Notes under the pieces: model-generated
The model's input: only the letters and a program-made list of their open reading frames with translations
Databases searched by the model: none
What the model was told of the DNA's origin: nothing
Virus record (IMG/VR): IMGVR_UViG_3300018080_008436
Coordinates: 248,001 to 312,000 of that record
Reading direction: 5' to 3' (one strand)
DNA length: 64,000 bases
Translations under genes and position numbers: made by a program
Part shown: positions 21,057 through 31,531 of the stretch, one piece after another
Layout of the letters: every line of letters begins with the position of its first letter
How positions within the stretch are numbered: the first letter of the stretch is position 1

Positions 21057-23350
21057 ACAACCTGCAATATCTTCTTTCCCGTAGATAACTCTTTGATGAT
21101 ATTATTGAGGTTTGTGAATCGCCTCTTAATTGAGCTACGACTTGGAGCTAATCTATACATATGATCATTCCCATATATGTATAAATGTTTCTCGGCCCTA
21201 GTAAACCCTGTATAAACCAATTCTTTGTTCATCATGATAGATGCCTCAGATGACATCAGCATAATGATATGCTTTGACTGAGATCCCTGGAATTTATGAA
21301 CAGTAATCACCCAAGCGACCATGATCTCATCCATCTCCTGTCCATAGTAATATATGATATCATTATCAAACTTGACAAGTATGAACTTCTCTTTTTTGTC
21401 GCTTTTCTTTGGATCTCGAATCCTTTCCCCAAGATCAGTAATTACTCCCATATCCCCATTAAACACACTCTTGTCATAATTATTCTTAATTTGGATAACT
21501 CTATCCCCAATATAGAATTTTTTGAACTCTCGCTCTAAGAATTTAGTGGTCATGTTGTTTTTGGAAGCCATCTTCTGCTGAACAATTTCATTCAACCTAT
21601 GAACTCCACAAGTTCCCTTCTTCATAGGAGAGATAATCTGAAGATCCTCGATATCCTCTTTTTCAGTGTATTTGTCAATAAACTTGATTAATTCATCCTC
21701 AATAGTATTGGAATTCAACTCTTTCCATGTGATATCTGTAGCAGTTTCTGGTATCGCAGTAACAACACCATTCGAAACACTATTAGCTATCAAACTAATA
21801 TAGCTGTTTTCATCCTGCCTATGAATTTTATCAAGAGTCACAACATTTGCACAACCCGATTTGACAATGTCTGCCAGAAAATTACCAGGAGAAACAGATG
21901 GCAACTGGTTCTTATCACCAACAAAAACAATATTGGTTCTAGGGTTACTGTCAACAGCAACCATCAACGCATACATTGTATCAATACCTGCCATACTGAT
22001 CTCATCTACCAGTAAAATCTCTTGTTCAATCCCTTTTCGAGGAAGAACATCATCTGGGCCGATATCCAAGCCTCTATGAATAGTAGTAGCGGCTCCACCA
22101 GTCCTTTCAGACAACACTTTGGCCGCTTTTCCAGTTGGGGACATCATATTCATAGAAAGTTTCTTCTTTCTTGCCAAATAATAGATACATCTACAAATTG
22201 TTGATTTTCCAGTACCACCACCACCAGTTATTACAGAGACCCTGTTATCAAAAACACTTTTGATTGCCTGTTTCTGAGTTTCATCCAGTTTAATATCTCG
22301 CCCCAGGAAAAAAGATATATTTTTCTCGGCATCTTCTATATCTTTGTCACTGCACTCATATCTGGATGGTTTCTGATTTCTTTTATGTAGAACTTCAGCA
22401 ACAAACTGCTCTCTTTCCCAAATATGGGTTAAATATACGAATGACAGACCCTCTCCATGATCTTTTACAGCCGTAAATGGACTGCTGGGATCTTTGACAA
22501 TATGCGGAATCAACTTGGCATAATTGCTATTAAATTGATTACCCAGAGCTTCATCACATTCAGCCAATGTTTTAATTACTGACTTTTTCAAAGTGGTATA
22601 AGGTATACATAAATTCCCATTGGAAGAGGAGTCGTCTTTAATACAATATTCCATACAAGCTGAGATCCGAAACTCAACCTTAACGTTTCTATTGATCTTA
22701 TGAGCGATAACGTCAGCACTCAAAAACCCAATACCTCTCAAATTAGTCAACAGATATGGATTCTCTTGAAGCTTTTCTTTGGTCTTATGTTCCCAAATTT
22801 CATATGCTTTATCAGCAAGTTTAACTGGGATATTGCATTTTATAAACCACTCATATAGATTTCTCTTATGTTGTTTCTTTTGCCACTCTTCCTCAATAGC
22901 CTCAAGTCTGTTCTCTGTAATCCCGTTAATACATAACAACCTTTTCGGGTGATTATCAAGGATATCAATTATCTCATCAACTTCAAAAGTTTTGAGTATT
23001 TCTGTCGCCCTTGACTCTTTGATGTTTGGCAGTTGCATCAGGAAACTTTTCATGGCCTTCTGATTTGTTGGCACATCCTGATAATAACCAGAAGCTTTGT
23101 ACTGTTTCCCTCTTTTCGGATCATCAACAAAATCGCCAACAAAAATATAACTATGCCCTTCTGGCCTATCCCCTTCGGCCATCGTTTCTACAACAATAGT
23201 AAAAGACTTCCACCTTTCATTCATGTATGGTCGGACTAACTTCTGCAAACCTTTATTATATCTTTCACTATATGGATCTAGATTACAGGCAAGAATTGCA
23301 AAATTATCACGACGAAAAGTAACCTTCTCAACAATGCAGGGAAGTTCCAT
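21053..23350 (-). CDS. recD2: RecD2-like SF1B helicase
   Basis: HhH repeats, GGGGTGKS, DEISM, VGDKNQLPSV, TVHKFQGSQ, YTGFTRA. Confidence 0.93.
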   Translation of the reverse strand: MELPCIVEKVTFRRDNFAILACNLDPYSERYNKGLQKLVRPYMNERWKSFTIVVETMAEGDRPEGHSYIFVGDFVDDPKRGKQYKASGYYQDVPTNQKAMKSFLMQLPNIKESRATEILKTFEVDEIIDILDNHPKRLLCINGITENRLEAIEEEWQKKQHKRNLYEWFIKCNIPVKLADKAYEIWEHKTKEKLQENPYLLTNLRGIGFLSADVIAHKINRNVKVEFRISACMEYCIKDDSSSNGNLCIPYTTLKKSVIKTLAECDEALGNQFNSNYAKLIPHIVKDPSSPFTAVKDHGEGLSFVYLTHIWEREQFVAEVLHKRNQKPSRYECSDKDIEDAEKNISFFLGRDIKLDETQKQAIKSVFDNRVSVITGGGGTGKSTICRCIYYLARKKKLSMNMMSPTGKAAKVLSERTGGAATTIHRGLDIGPDDVLPRKGIEQEILLVDEISMAGIDTMYALMVAVDSNPRTNIVFVGDKNQLPSVSPGNFLADIVKSGCANVVTLDKIHRQDENSYISLIANSVSNGVVTAIPETATDITWKELNSNTIEDELIKFIDKYTEKEDIEDLQIISPMKKGTCGVHRLNEIVQQKMASKNNMTTKFLEREFKKFYIGDRVIQIKNNYDKSVFNGDMGVITDLGERIRDPKKSDKKEKFILVKFDNDIIYYYGQEMDEIMVAWVITVHKFQGSQSKHIIMLMSSEASIMMNKELVYTGFTRAEKHLYIYGNDHMYRLAPSRSSIKRRFTNLNNIIKELSTGKKILQVV

Positions 23351-23373
23351 GAGATATCTCTTTCTTTGGGGGA

Positions 23374-24432
23374 TTAAATGGAGATCGTTACATATTCAAT
23401 TTTTGATCTTCCATAAGTATAAACGAGGTGTAGGTTTCCGTCATTTTCTATCATGTAAGGATAGCTCAACTCTTCGGAAACGCATTTGTCCTGATCTTCA
23501 CTATCAATAGATTCTCTGACAACTAATTCATTAGCAACTTCAATATTCATAACATAATCAGGGTCTTCTTCATATGGATTATGTTTATCGTCTAATTTTA
23601 TTTCTTGAATAACTAGTGGTTTTCTATAGAGTTCACTTGGATTGCTTACCAGGAATGCTCTTCCATCAACAGTAACAACATCAACCCCACTATTAGGATT
23701 AGGGAGATTCGTTTTTATCGGAGATATCCAGCCACTACCCATACTATACTGAACACGTCTTGAGTAGTAGATACAATCTAATCCTCCAGAAGATCTGAAA
23801 AAAGCATGAGCATTATTATCTACATCTTTCCATATGGCAGGCTGAATAACCCCCATGCTGACACTTGGTCTTCCATTATATGGGTTCCTATATTGAACTT
23901 TTCGTTCTACTGCCAACGGTTTGCTTCTATAGGCATAATCCCACTTGCCATCTGAGATAATATATCCTTCCATATAGCTTACCCAATCGCAAAAAGTTTC
24001 AACCGAACTCCCACAAACAACACTATGCTCTCCAGTTGGGATGGGTTTCGTCTTTACAGGCCCATTCAAACCAGCAGGCAACGTTTGACTGTCATTTCTT
24101 ATGTCTCTTTCGCAAGTAGAAGAATCCCAATCTGTTACATTATGAATGAAAGTCTGCCACCTATCACAAAACTGACCTGCTTTTTCAAACATCCATAGTT
24201 TATCTTTATGAGCAAAAAGAATTGGATTCCATCTTGGTGTAGGGTCTTGAGCACCAAGAATAATATTTTCTCCTTCATCATTTAAATTGTGAAGAAAAAT
24301 TGCTACATCAGGAGCGCCTTCTCTTGTGCCTCCGAACCAAGCAAAAACTGGATGATCTTCCCAGAATTCTATAGTTGCGGCATGTACGGATCTTGTGGGG
24401 GTGTCTAAAAATCTTCTGTCTGTTATTTGCAT
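23374..24432 (-). CDS. BNR/sialidase-like beta-propeller
   Basis: HAATI, WFGGTREG, GPVKTKP, LPNPNSG, SYP..HLVYT. Confidence 0.75.
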   Translation of the reverse strand: MQITDRRFLDTPTRSVHAATIEFWEDHPVFAWFGGTREGAPDVAIFLHNLNDEGENIILGAQDPTPRWNPILFAHKDKLWMFEKAGQFCDRWQTFIHNVTDWDSSTCERDIRNDSQTLPAGLNGPVKTKPIPTGEHSVVCGSSVETFCDWVSYMEGYIISDGKWDYAYRSKPLAVERKVQYRNPYNGRPSVSMGVIQPAIWKDVDNNAHAFFRSSGGLDCIYYSRRVQYSMGSGWISPIKTNLPNPNSGVDVVTVDGRAFLVSNPSELYRKPLVIQEIKLDDKHNPYEEDPDYVMNIEVANELVVRESIDSEDQDKCVSEELSYPYMIENDGNLHLVYTYGRSKIEYVTISI

Positions 24433-24519
24433 CGTTGATCTCCAATAAAAAACTCTGCTACCCAATAATTATACTATAAGATAGCAGAGTTTTTGAAATT
24501 TTCAAGGAAAAAGACTAAA

Positions 24520-25527
24520 TTAGTCGTAAACTACAACGAACATCTTTCCAGCAGGGCTAAAAGCTACTGCTGTATTTTCATCGTTATAGGTAGTTCCATT
24601 GAAATCGTTAATTACAGCAGGAATACCTTCTGTATTAACTTTAACCAATCTTGTGCCATTGGCCGCATTAGCATCAATAACGTAGAGGTTACCAGATGCA
24701 TCTACGGAGCAGTGACGAAGTTCGTTGTACTGACAGTTAAATGCAGTTGTTCCAAGAGCTTTCCCTGCAACTCCAGATCCAGAATGGAGATAAACCCATC
24801 CACGAGGAGTAATTTTCTTGATTTTGTAGTTGGCAGTATCACAAACAAATACATTACCATTCGCATCACAAGCAACGCCAAGAGGATTGTCGAAAAGAGT
24901 CTTTGCAGTAGTTGCAACATTTTCGCCGTCTCCAGCAGTATCACCTGCATAGGTATAAACCGTACCATCCTTAATTCTACGAATTGAGTCGTTACCTGAA
25001 TCGGCAACATAAACAGTACCACTTGGATCTACATCAACATCCCATGGAGTATCAAACTTAGCGGCTCCACCAACGCCATCAGTATGACCAGCTACGCCAC
25101 CACCGTCTCCAGCGAGAACGCTTACATAACCATCTCTGATAACTCTAATCTGGTTGTTTCCAGAATCAGCAACATAAATGTTACCACTGTTGTCGCAGGC
25201 CAAACCAACTGGAGCATTAAATCTAGCATCCAAAGCTGGGACGTTAGCCAATGTTCCGTTATCTCCTGAGGTTCCATCTTCTCCAGCGTAAAGAGAAACT
25301 CTTCCGCCTTCATCAATTTTGAGAATAGTATGTCTGTCTAAATCAGAGACATAGATATTACCACTATTGTCTACGCAAACACCAGATACAGAAACTGATC
25401 CTTTTGCAGTAAGCTGATTAGGGCCAGCTTCCAACTTAGCGGCAATCTCAGCATCTGTTAAGTTAACACCAAGAGCCGCAGTCGTTGCAAGATCGCTCTG
25501 AGTTATTCTAATTACACTATTAGCCAT
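24520..25527 (-). CDS. NHL-repeat beta-propeller protein
   Basis: Repeated FNAPVGLACDNSGNIYVADSGNNQIR units. Confidence 0.85.
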   Translation of the reverse strand: MANSVIRITQSDLATTAALGVNLTDAEIAAKLEAGPNQLTAKGSVSVSGVCVDNSGNIYVSDLDRHTILKIDEGGRVSLYAGEDGTSGDNGTLANVPALDARFNAPVGLACDNSGNIYVADSGNNQIRVIRDGYVSVLAGDGGGVAGHTDGVGGAAKFDTPWDVDVDPSGTVYVADSGNDSIRRIKDGTVYTYAGDTAGDGENVATTAKTLFDNPLGVACDANGNVFVCDTANYKIKKITPRGWVYLHSGSGVAGKALGTTAFNCQYNELRHCSVDASGNLYVIDANAANGTRLVKVNTEGIPAVINDFNGTTYNDENTAVAFSPAGKMFVVVYD

Positions 25528-25618
25528 TTTTATTCCTCCTAAAAACCATTTAAGGATTCATTCGTTTTCTTATTCTAGAAAACTTTTTGTTCTTCCTTTC
25601 TCACTTTACATTTTTTAT

Positions 25619-26953
25619 TTAGAGTCTGTTAGCCGCCTCTTCAGACAGCAATGATCTTACTCCATCTCTAAGAATAACATGGGCAGAGTTACTTGAATCT
25701 TTGAACGCATCCAATACAACTGAAAGACCATTTGTCCTACGATCCAAATATGGGTTATCTATCTGTTCAATATCACCAGTTAGAATAACCTTTGTATTCT
25801 CTCCCGCTCTTGTTATGATCGTTTTTATCTCAAGTGGAGTAAGATTTTGAGCTTCATCGATAATGATATATTGATTATGAATACTCCTACCTCTTATATA
25901 AGTTAGAGGCTCAATAAAGATTTTATCACTAAGCTCAGCTATCTTTTTCCCACTCATCTTCTTCTGACCCTTTTTCTCAGGTGATTTTGCTTTATTACTA
26001 TGAACAATCTCCAAAGCATCATAAATGGGTTGCATCCATGGGTCTAACTTCTCATTCACATCTCCTGGTAAAAAACCAATATCTCGACCCATTGGTTGAA
26101 CAGGTCTACTAATGAGCATTTTTTCATACCTTTCTTCCTGCTCTACCATATATTCACCAGCGGCTGTTGCAAGCAAGGTCTTCCCAGTCCCTGCCATTCC
26201 TACCAAACATACCAAATGGATATCATCATCTAACAATGCATCCAAAGCAAAAGCTTGCTCTCTATTTTTTGATTTAATCTTTAATGATGGAGGTAAAAAA
26301 TCTAATCTCTCTACCATAGATCTGTCCTTACTGACTCTGGCAAGCATATTTTTGCTTTCATCTGGACTTTGGACCATTAGGTAGTAATTGCCCCAAGGAA
26401 TGTCATCATCATCAAATACCCACTCTACAGGACATTCATCCTTTAGTTTAATTTCAGCATATGTTTTTCTATTAACCTCAACAGTACGGAATCCTTCATC
26501 AAGAATAACACTTTCGCATACTCTGGTTGCTTCATAGCATTCAGCCCTGATCCCAAGAGCATTCGCTTTCAGTCTAACGTTAATATCTCTTGAAATAACT
26601 ATACACTCATTCTCTGGCTCTTGAGCCTTCATAATATCTGCAATATGAAGTACATGAAAATCGACATCCTTCTCCTTTCTATAGGTTCCTAAGTTGCCAT
26701 TATAAATAACTCTTATTTGACCTTCCCTATCATCTCCTAATCTAACCCCTTTTCTTAAATCCCCCAATTCTCTGAATTTGTCGAGTGATCTAGAAACTTG
26801 ACGGGAGTTTCGCCCTAACGCCCCATTGTCTCTTTTGAATGTGTCTAGCTCTTCAATCACTCCGATTGGAATAATCACAGTATGTTCCTCAAAACTGAAT
26901 ATCGCTTCAGGATCTTGCAACAGAACATTTGTGTCAATAACGAAATTTTTCAT
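25619..26953 (-). CDS. phoH: PIN-PhoH ATPase (PhoH2/YlaK-like)
   Basis: VIDTNVLL PIN; GMAGTGKT, RGRS, DEAQN, TGDIEQID. Confidence 0.93.
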   Translation of the reverse strand: MKNFVIDTNVLLQDPEAIFSFEEHTVIIPIGVIEELDTFKRDNGALGRNSRQVSRSLDKFRELGDLRKGVRLGDDREGQIRVIYNGNLGTYRKEKDVDFHVLHIADIMKAQEPENECIVISRDINVRLKANALGIRAECYEATRVCESVILDEGFRTVEVNRKTYAEIKLKDECPVEWVFDDDDIPWGNYYLMVQSPDESKNMLARVSKDRSMVERLDFLPPSLKIKSKNREQAFALDALLDDDIHLVCLVGMAGTGKTLLATAAGEYMVEQEERYEKMLISRPVQPMGRDIGFLPGDVNEKLDPWMQPIYDALEIVHSNKAKSPEKKGQKKMSGKKIAELSDKIFIEPLTYIRGRSIHNQYIIIDEAQNLTPLEIKTIITRAGENTKVILTGDIEQIDNPYLDRRTNGLSVVLDAFKDSSNSAHVILRDGVRSLLSEEAANRL

Positions 26954-26971
26954 TATTCCTCCTTTATGGAT

Positions 26972-27334
26972 TTATTTTGGCGTGTTCTTCTTTTTCTCTT
27001 CTTTCTGGGAAGCCTTCACTTCATCCATAGAAGAGTAAACTTTTGTGACTTTGCCAAAAACTTTTTTGGTCCAACCATTGATTCGACCATGATTGTTTCC
27101 AATTAAACAACCACGTTTATCGTTTTTAGCTTTAACTAGGTGAGTATATAGGTTCCCTCGAACCTTGCAGTATACCATATCCCCGACTTCGGTATCCTGC
27201 CATGTGGTGGGTACAAGCTTTACTGGTTGCTTGCTTTTGATGAGTGGAGTCATGCTGTTTCCAGGTTCTCGACTGATGATCGACTCCCCTTCCAACAACT
27301 TATTGACTTTCCAATTATGCATCCATTCTTCCAT
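26972..27334 (-). CDS. S24/S26 peptidase-like protein
   Basis: GNSMTPLI..GDMVYC..THLV. Confidence 0.55.
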   Translation of the reverse strand: MEEWMHNWKVNKLLEGESIISREPGNSMTPLIKSKQPVKLVPTTWQDTEVGDMVYCKVRGNLYTHLVKAKNDKRGCLIGNNHGRINGWTKKVFGKVTKVYSSMDEVKASQKEEKKKNTPK

Positions 27335-27445
27335 TCAGTGACTTTTGTTGGTCATTAATTCAATAATGATCCGACCTTTTCCTACCGACACTATTTTAGG
27401 AAAATAAAATCAACATTTAAATCACTGTTCTACAACAAAATAGAA

Positions 27446-27649
27446 CTAAGAATCCTTCTTCTCCTGTTCCCTTTGTTTCTTTGCATATGCTAAACGTTTA
27501 TTCCAAGCCTTTCTTCTTCTTTCGCAAGCTTCACAAGGCTTTATGCCAAACGTCTTTGTAATTTTGGCGAATGTATCTCCGAAACCTTCAGAAGGTTGAG
27601 ACCAAATCTTTTTTGTCCTATTCCAAAACCATTTTATCCACTTAATCAT
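27446..27649 (-). CDS. Hypothetical protein (CxxC)
   Basis: ORF coupled to upstream stop. Confidence 0.55.
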   Translation of the reverse strand: MIKWIKWFWNRTKKIWSQPSEGFGDTFAKITKTFGIKPCEACERRRKAWNKRLAYAKKQREQEKKDS

Positions 27650-28116
27650 AACTTCAAAAACCTCGAAAATAATTCCCTTGCCTTAGGGTCTTTTACAATC
27701 TCCAAACCGTGATCTATTATCATCCCATTCGGTCTATGTTTATTTCTGTCAAGTAAGTGAATAGCCCTTTCTGGACCCAAGAATTTGCAACCAACGATAT
27801 AAGCAGTAGCAGAGCTTCTGGAAATGCCAGCCCAACAATGAACCATAAGATTTTTTGGGTTAACTTCTTTTACCCACTGAATAATCTCCTCAACATCCTC
27901 TTTCTTTGGAGAATGGTATCCCCAATCGTCATATCTCTTATATGGAACATCATCCATATATTTGATCAGGATGTCTTTAGCATGCTTTTCTAAACCATTC
28001 AGTGGATGGTTATCCATTCTGTACTTACAATCCCTTAAAGAAATTACATGCCATCTTTTAGAGTGTTGCTTCAACTCTTTTGCGGCTTCTTCTGCACTGA
28101 AAATTTGAATGTTCAT
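27646..28116 (-). CDS. Cys-based (tyrosine/dual-specificity) phosphatase
   Basis: VHCWAGISRS CX5R motif. Confidence 0.85.
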   Translation of the reverse strand: MNIQIFSAEEAAKELKQHSKRWHVISLRDCKYRMDNHPLNGLEKHAKDILIKYMDDVPYKRYDDWGYHSPKKEDVEEIIQWVKEVNPKNLMVHCWAGISRSSATAYIVGCKFLGPERAIHLLDRNKHRPNGMIIDHGLEIVKDPKARELFSRFLKL

Positions 28117-28152
28117 AATTACTTCCCTTATACTTAATTATACAAAGGCTTT

Positions 28153-29064
28153 TTGCCACTTTTACTTGAACAAAAACAAAAACGGCTTACTAATATGGAT
28201 CTAATAGACTTCGGTTCTGGACACCCAAAACATTCAAAGTTTTTTGAATACTTTATCTCACAAACAGAGAATATTAAAATCAAACGATATCTAAGTATCG
28301 GTTCTTATAACCCAAAGAAACTCATTGATAAAAAAGTAGGATACTTTCAATTCAGAATCAATGAAGTGCTATGCTCCATGGATAATGGAGATTTCATAAA
28401 CATAGATCTCGACACCCTTAGAGAACTTAATACCGAAATACTTTTTATCTCTCAAATAAGAAAAGATCAGAAAGAACAGCTATATGAGCTTAACAGAAAT
28501 TATGGGTATCGAATATATCCATTCATCCTGATACCGAGATATCACAAAACGATATATCCCATTTTTGCAAAATATGCTAAAGAATACACATACATGCTAT
28601 CCAAAAACAAAAAATATGTAGCCCATATGAGATATGGACTCAGACATAGGTGGCATAGAACTCCTTGGGTTCGATTTACTAATCAACATAACACCCATTT
28701 TCCTCGCGAAAAACTAATAGGAGAACCTTTCTTCCAAAGATTATGTGACTGCGATTGGGGAGTCAGTCTAAAAGGCTCTGGTGATGATTACAAATGTATG
28801 AGAGAAACTGAGTTTGCAAACTTTGGCATACCAATGGCCCTAAACTTCGAACCATATTATCCTTTCAAATTTGAAAAAAACGTTCACTATAAATTGCTAC
28901 ATAAGCCAGAAGACCTCCAGGACTTAATTTACTCAGAATACTCTGAGCTTTATAAATTCTCACAAGCGTCTAAAAAACTTGGAGAAAAATACTTCTCCCC
29001 ACAAGGTTGTCTTGGATTAATGAAGTCTCTTTTGAATCAAAAGAAGTACAACATAGAATTTTAA
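28153..29064 (+). CDS. Hypothetical protein, possibly GT-like C-terminus
   Basis: 303 aa ORF; SLKG..KCMRETE..GIP. Confidence 0.5.
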   Translation: MPLLLEQKQKRLTNMDLIDFGSGHPKHSKFFEYFISQTENIKIKRYLSIGSYNPKKLIDKKVGYFQFRINEVLCSMDNGDFINIDLDTLRELNTEILFISQIRKDQKEQLYELNRNYGYRIYPFILIPRYHKTIYPIFAKYAKEYTYMLSKNKKYVAHMRYGLRHRWHRTPWVRFTNQHNTHFPREKLIGEPFFQRLCDCDWGVSLKGSGDDYKCMRETEFANFGIPMALNFEPYYPFKFEKNVHYKLLHKPEDLQDLIYSEYSELYKFSQASKKLGEKYFSPQGCLGLMKSLLNQKKYNIEF

Positions 29065-29065
29065 T

Positions 29066-29142
29066 TGGTGGCAACGAGAGGAGTCGAACCTCCGACGCTC
29101 TGCTCTTCAGGCAGACGCTCTTCCACACTGAGCTACGTTGCC
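29066..29142 (-). tRNA. tRNA-Phe(GAA)
   Basis: Cloverleaf, anticodon loop CTGAAGA, CCA. Confidence 0.93.
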
Positions 29143-29145
29143 ATT

Positions 29146-29221
29146 TGGTGGGATGCCTCGGTATCGAACCGAGTTCTCTGGTTTTTCAGACCAGCGCAAT
29201 GACCTCACCTGCTCACATCCC
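29146..29221 (-). tRNA. tRNA-Phe(GAA), divergent second copy
   Basis: Loop CTGAAAA, CCA. Confidence 0.9.
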
Positions 29222-29224
29222 AAT

Positions 29225-29288
29225 AAAAAACCCCGACCAGAAGTCGGGGCCAAAATACACGAAAAAAACCCCGACGAATGTCGAGGTT
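29225..29288 (-). terminator. Two tandem intrinsic terminators of the Phe attenuator
   Basis: AACCTCGAC-ATTC-GTCGGGGTT-T5 and GCCCCGAC-TTCTG-GTCGGGGT-T5. Confidence 0.85.
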
Positions 29289-29326
29289 AAAAAGATCTAA
29301 ACAACACTTTGATCTAACTACCTCGA

Positions 29327-29371
29327 CTAGAGGTGGCTAAAAAATCGAAAGATGTTGTTTAAGTTGTTCAT
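29327..29371 (-). CDS. Leader peptide MNNLNNIFRFFSHL (Phe attenuator)
   Basis: AAGGA RBS, TTT CGA TTT TTT, stop inside 1:2 hairpin. Confidence 0.8.
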   Translation of the reverse strand: MNNLNNIFRFFSHL

Positions 29372-29396
29372 AATGTAAAATCCTTTTGTTGCCCCT

Positions 29397-29427
29397 ATTA
29401 TAGGGTATCATCCATGCTTTTCAAGTC
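29397..29427 (-). promoter_or_regulatory. Sigma70-type promoter GACTTGAAA-N16-TATAAT
   Basis: Same motif at four non-coding RNA loci. Confidence 0.8.
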
Positions 29428-29439
29428 AGAACTGCAAAA

Positions 29440-29691
29440 TTAATCCAATTCAAGCATATCAATAAGATCAGCCTTACTTCTATATCCTGCAAACTTCAAC
29501 TGAGGATCATCCACAAAAGACATAGGAACGGCCATAATGCCGAGTCTTTGAGCTTCTTTGAGGTTATCTGGATCTTCAGTCGGCTTAAGCTCTACTTTTA
29601 CTTCTGGGTACTCTTCTACCAGTTTGTCAAGCTCTTTCTTGAGTCTCTTACATGGGATACAGTGCTCTCCTGTAAAAACTGTTACTTTCAT
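29440..29691 (-). CDS. Thioredoxin/glutaredoxin-like protein
   Basis: CIPC, cis-Pro AVP. Confidence 0.85.
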   Translation of the reverse strand: MKVTVFTGEHCIPCKRLKKELDKLVEEYPEVKVELKPTEDPDNLKEAQRLGIMAVPMSFVDDPQLKFAGYRSKADLIDMLELD

Positions 29692-29703
29692 TTTCTTTCT
29701 CCT

Positions 29704-30486
29704 TTAGGTTAAAAAATCTTTGTCAACGTAATGCACCATGAACTTACATACAGTATCGATAAGTTCATCAGGCATTCTTTTAAAACATTCGTTCACAAAC
29801 TCATCTGGAACGTTTTTGTAATATGCATGAGCAATTGAGCCAGCCATAGCCGCAATGGTATCGCTGTCTCCACCCATCATTACTGCTTCTCTTATTGTAC
29901 TCTCAAAATCCTCAGAATACAAGAAAGCGTATACAGCTTGCGGAACTGTCTCCTGGCAACTACAATTAAATCCTAGATGCTCAGAGGTCAAAATAAGGTC
30001 CGTTCTGTATCCAAACGACTCTACTGCTTCTCTAATTTCTTGCTTTGTCCCTCCATGCCAAGCTATGAATGTTGCCAAAGCAATTGCTTGAGCACCTTTA
30101 ACTCCCTCTTCATGATTATGAGTCGCATCAGCACTCTTTTTGGCCTCTGCTAGAACATCCTTTTTAGATCTGCAATAGAAAGCAACAGGGCTAACTCTCA
30201 TCGCAGACCCATTGCCATAACTATTATACCCTTCTTCTTGCTCACTTAAAGCCCACTCTTTGAAAGCACTACCATACCCTCTATCTTTGTAATTTCTATA
30301 GTATTCACGAATAGATTGTGAATAGTTTCCTGAATTCATCAAAACATCTGCTACTGCGCAGGTTAGAACAGTATCGTCAGTAAAAATACACTTCTTGTTG
30401 AATAGAAGAAAATTTTTGGTTTTGGGGTGTCTTTTTGGGCCTTCCCAACGAGAGCCTATTATGTCTCCTAAAATCGCGCCTATCAC
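29704..30486 (-). CDS. ADP-ribosylglycohydrolase (DraG/ARH family)
   Basis: GAILGDIIG, TDDT, GNGSAMR, GGDSDT; GTG start after AAAGGAGA. Confidence 0.92.
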   Translation of the reverse strand: MIGAILGDIIGSRWEGPKRHPKTKNFLLFNKKCIFTDDTVLTCAVADVLMNSGNYSQSIREYYRNYKDRGYGSAFKEWALSEQEEGYNSYGNGSAMRVSPVAFYCRSKKDVLAEAKKSADATHNHEEGVKGAQAIALATFIAWHGGTKQEIREAVESFGYRTDLILTSEHLGFNCSCQETVPQAVYAFLYSEDFESTIREAVMMGGDSDTIAAMAGSIAHAYYKNVPDEFVNECFKRMPDELIDTVCKFMVHYVDKDFLT

Positions 30487-31502
30487 AATCTTTCTCCTTT
30501 TACTCTTTCCTTTTCGTACCCTAACCAAACTTTCCAACTTTTCCAGCCTCTATCTTTATAAGTCCTATCTGGCACACTTGGTAAACAAACAGGTCTAGTA
30601 TTTTCTTTCCAATATAAACACCATTCTGTTTTGCTTCTTATTCCCAATTTATGAACGAATTTTTCTGCTTCTTTATAAGGCATAAACCCACTTTTTGCAA
30701 CTTTTATACTCCCCAAATCATAAAATTTGTTCTTTTTCCTTATTAAAAATAAATTCGAAGGAGTGTTATACATATATTCTCTTAAAAGTATCGAACTGTT
30801 CTTAGCCACCCTAACTCTATAATACTTCTCTTTTAAACTTCTAACATTCCCCCTAAAACCATTTATATTTTCTTTTAATTTTAATAACAAACCATATGAG
30901 AACTTCTCACTTCCACTAGTAAGAGATGATTCTATGGAGTTCCTAGATATAGATACATTACCGTCTCCGTCCCATAGCCCTCGTATAAAATCTGGCAGAA
31001 ATTCTTCTGGAACATTAGGCATTTCACATGTCAGGCTTTTTCTCTCAGTTCCACCTATTTTTTTAATTGATTCAACTAAATTTCTACAATAAATGTTCAA
31101 ATGACAATATTTGCTTCTTGTCTCTTTAATGGGTCCATCAAAACCCATCGTTTTTGCGATTAACTCTAATAGATATTTATCTTTATTACTTTGCGTAATT
31201 GAAAACAAACTTTCATAAATACACCCATCTGCCCACCAAAAACCCAAAATATACGCCATATCATGAGTCCATATCTCAAAGAAATCCTCATTTATCGAAT
31301 ATTTATCTCTTTTATAGGACATCTTTTTATACCCCATCCAATCCATGTACGAAACCCATTCCGACTTATATACTTGATGAGGACTGCGAGGAATGAATGG
31401 AGGTCTGTTGTTTTTACACCAATCTTCCCATTCTGACTGCTTTTTAAGACCTAATTGACGTACATATTGTCTTGCTTCTTCAAATAACAGGAATTTACTC
31501 AT
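30483..31502 (-). mobile_element. Free-standing LAGLIDADG homing endonuclease with flanking repeat domains
   Basis: AYILGFWWADG and FIRGLWDGDG motifs. Confidence 0.85.
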
Positions 31503-31531
31503 TTCTTACTCTCCTTAAATGTTTTCGTCAT

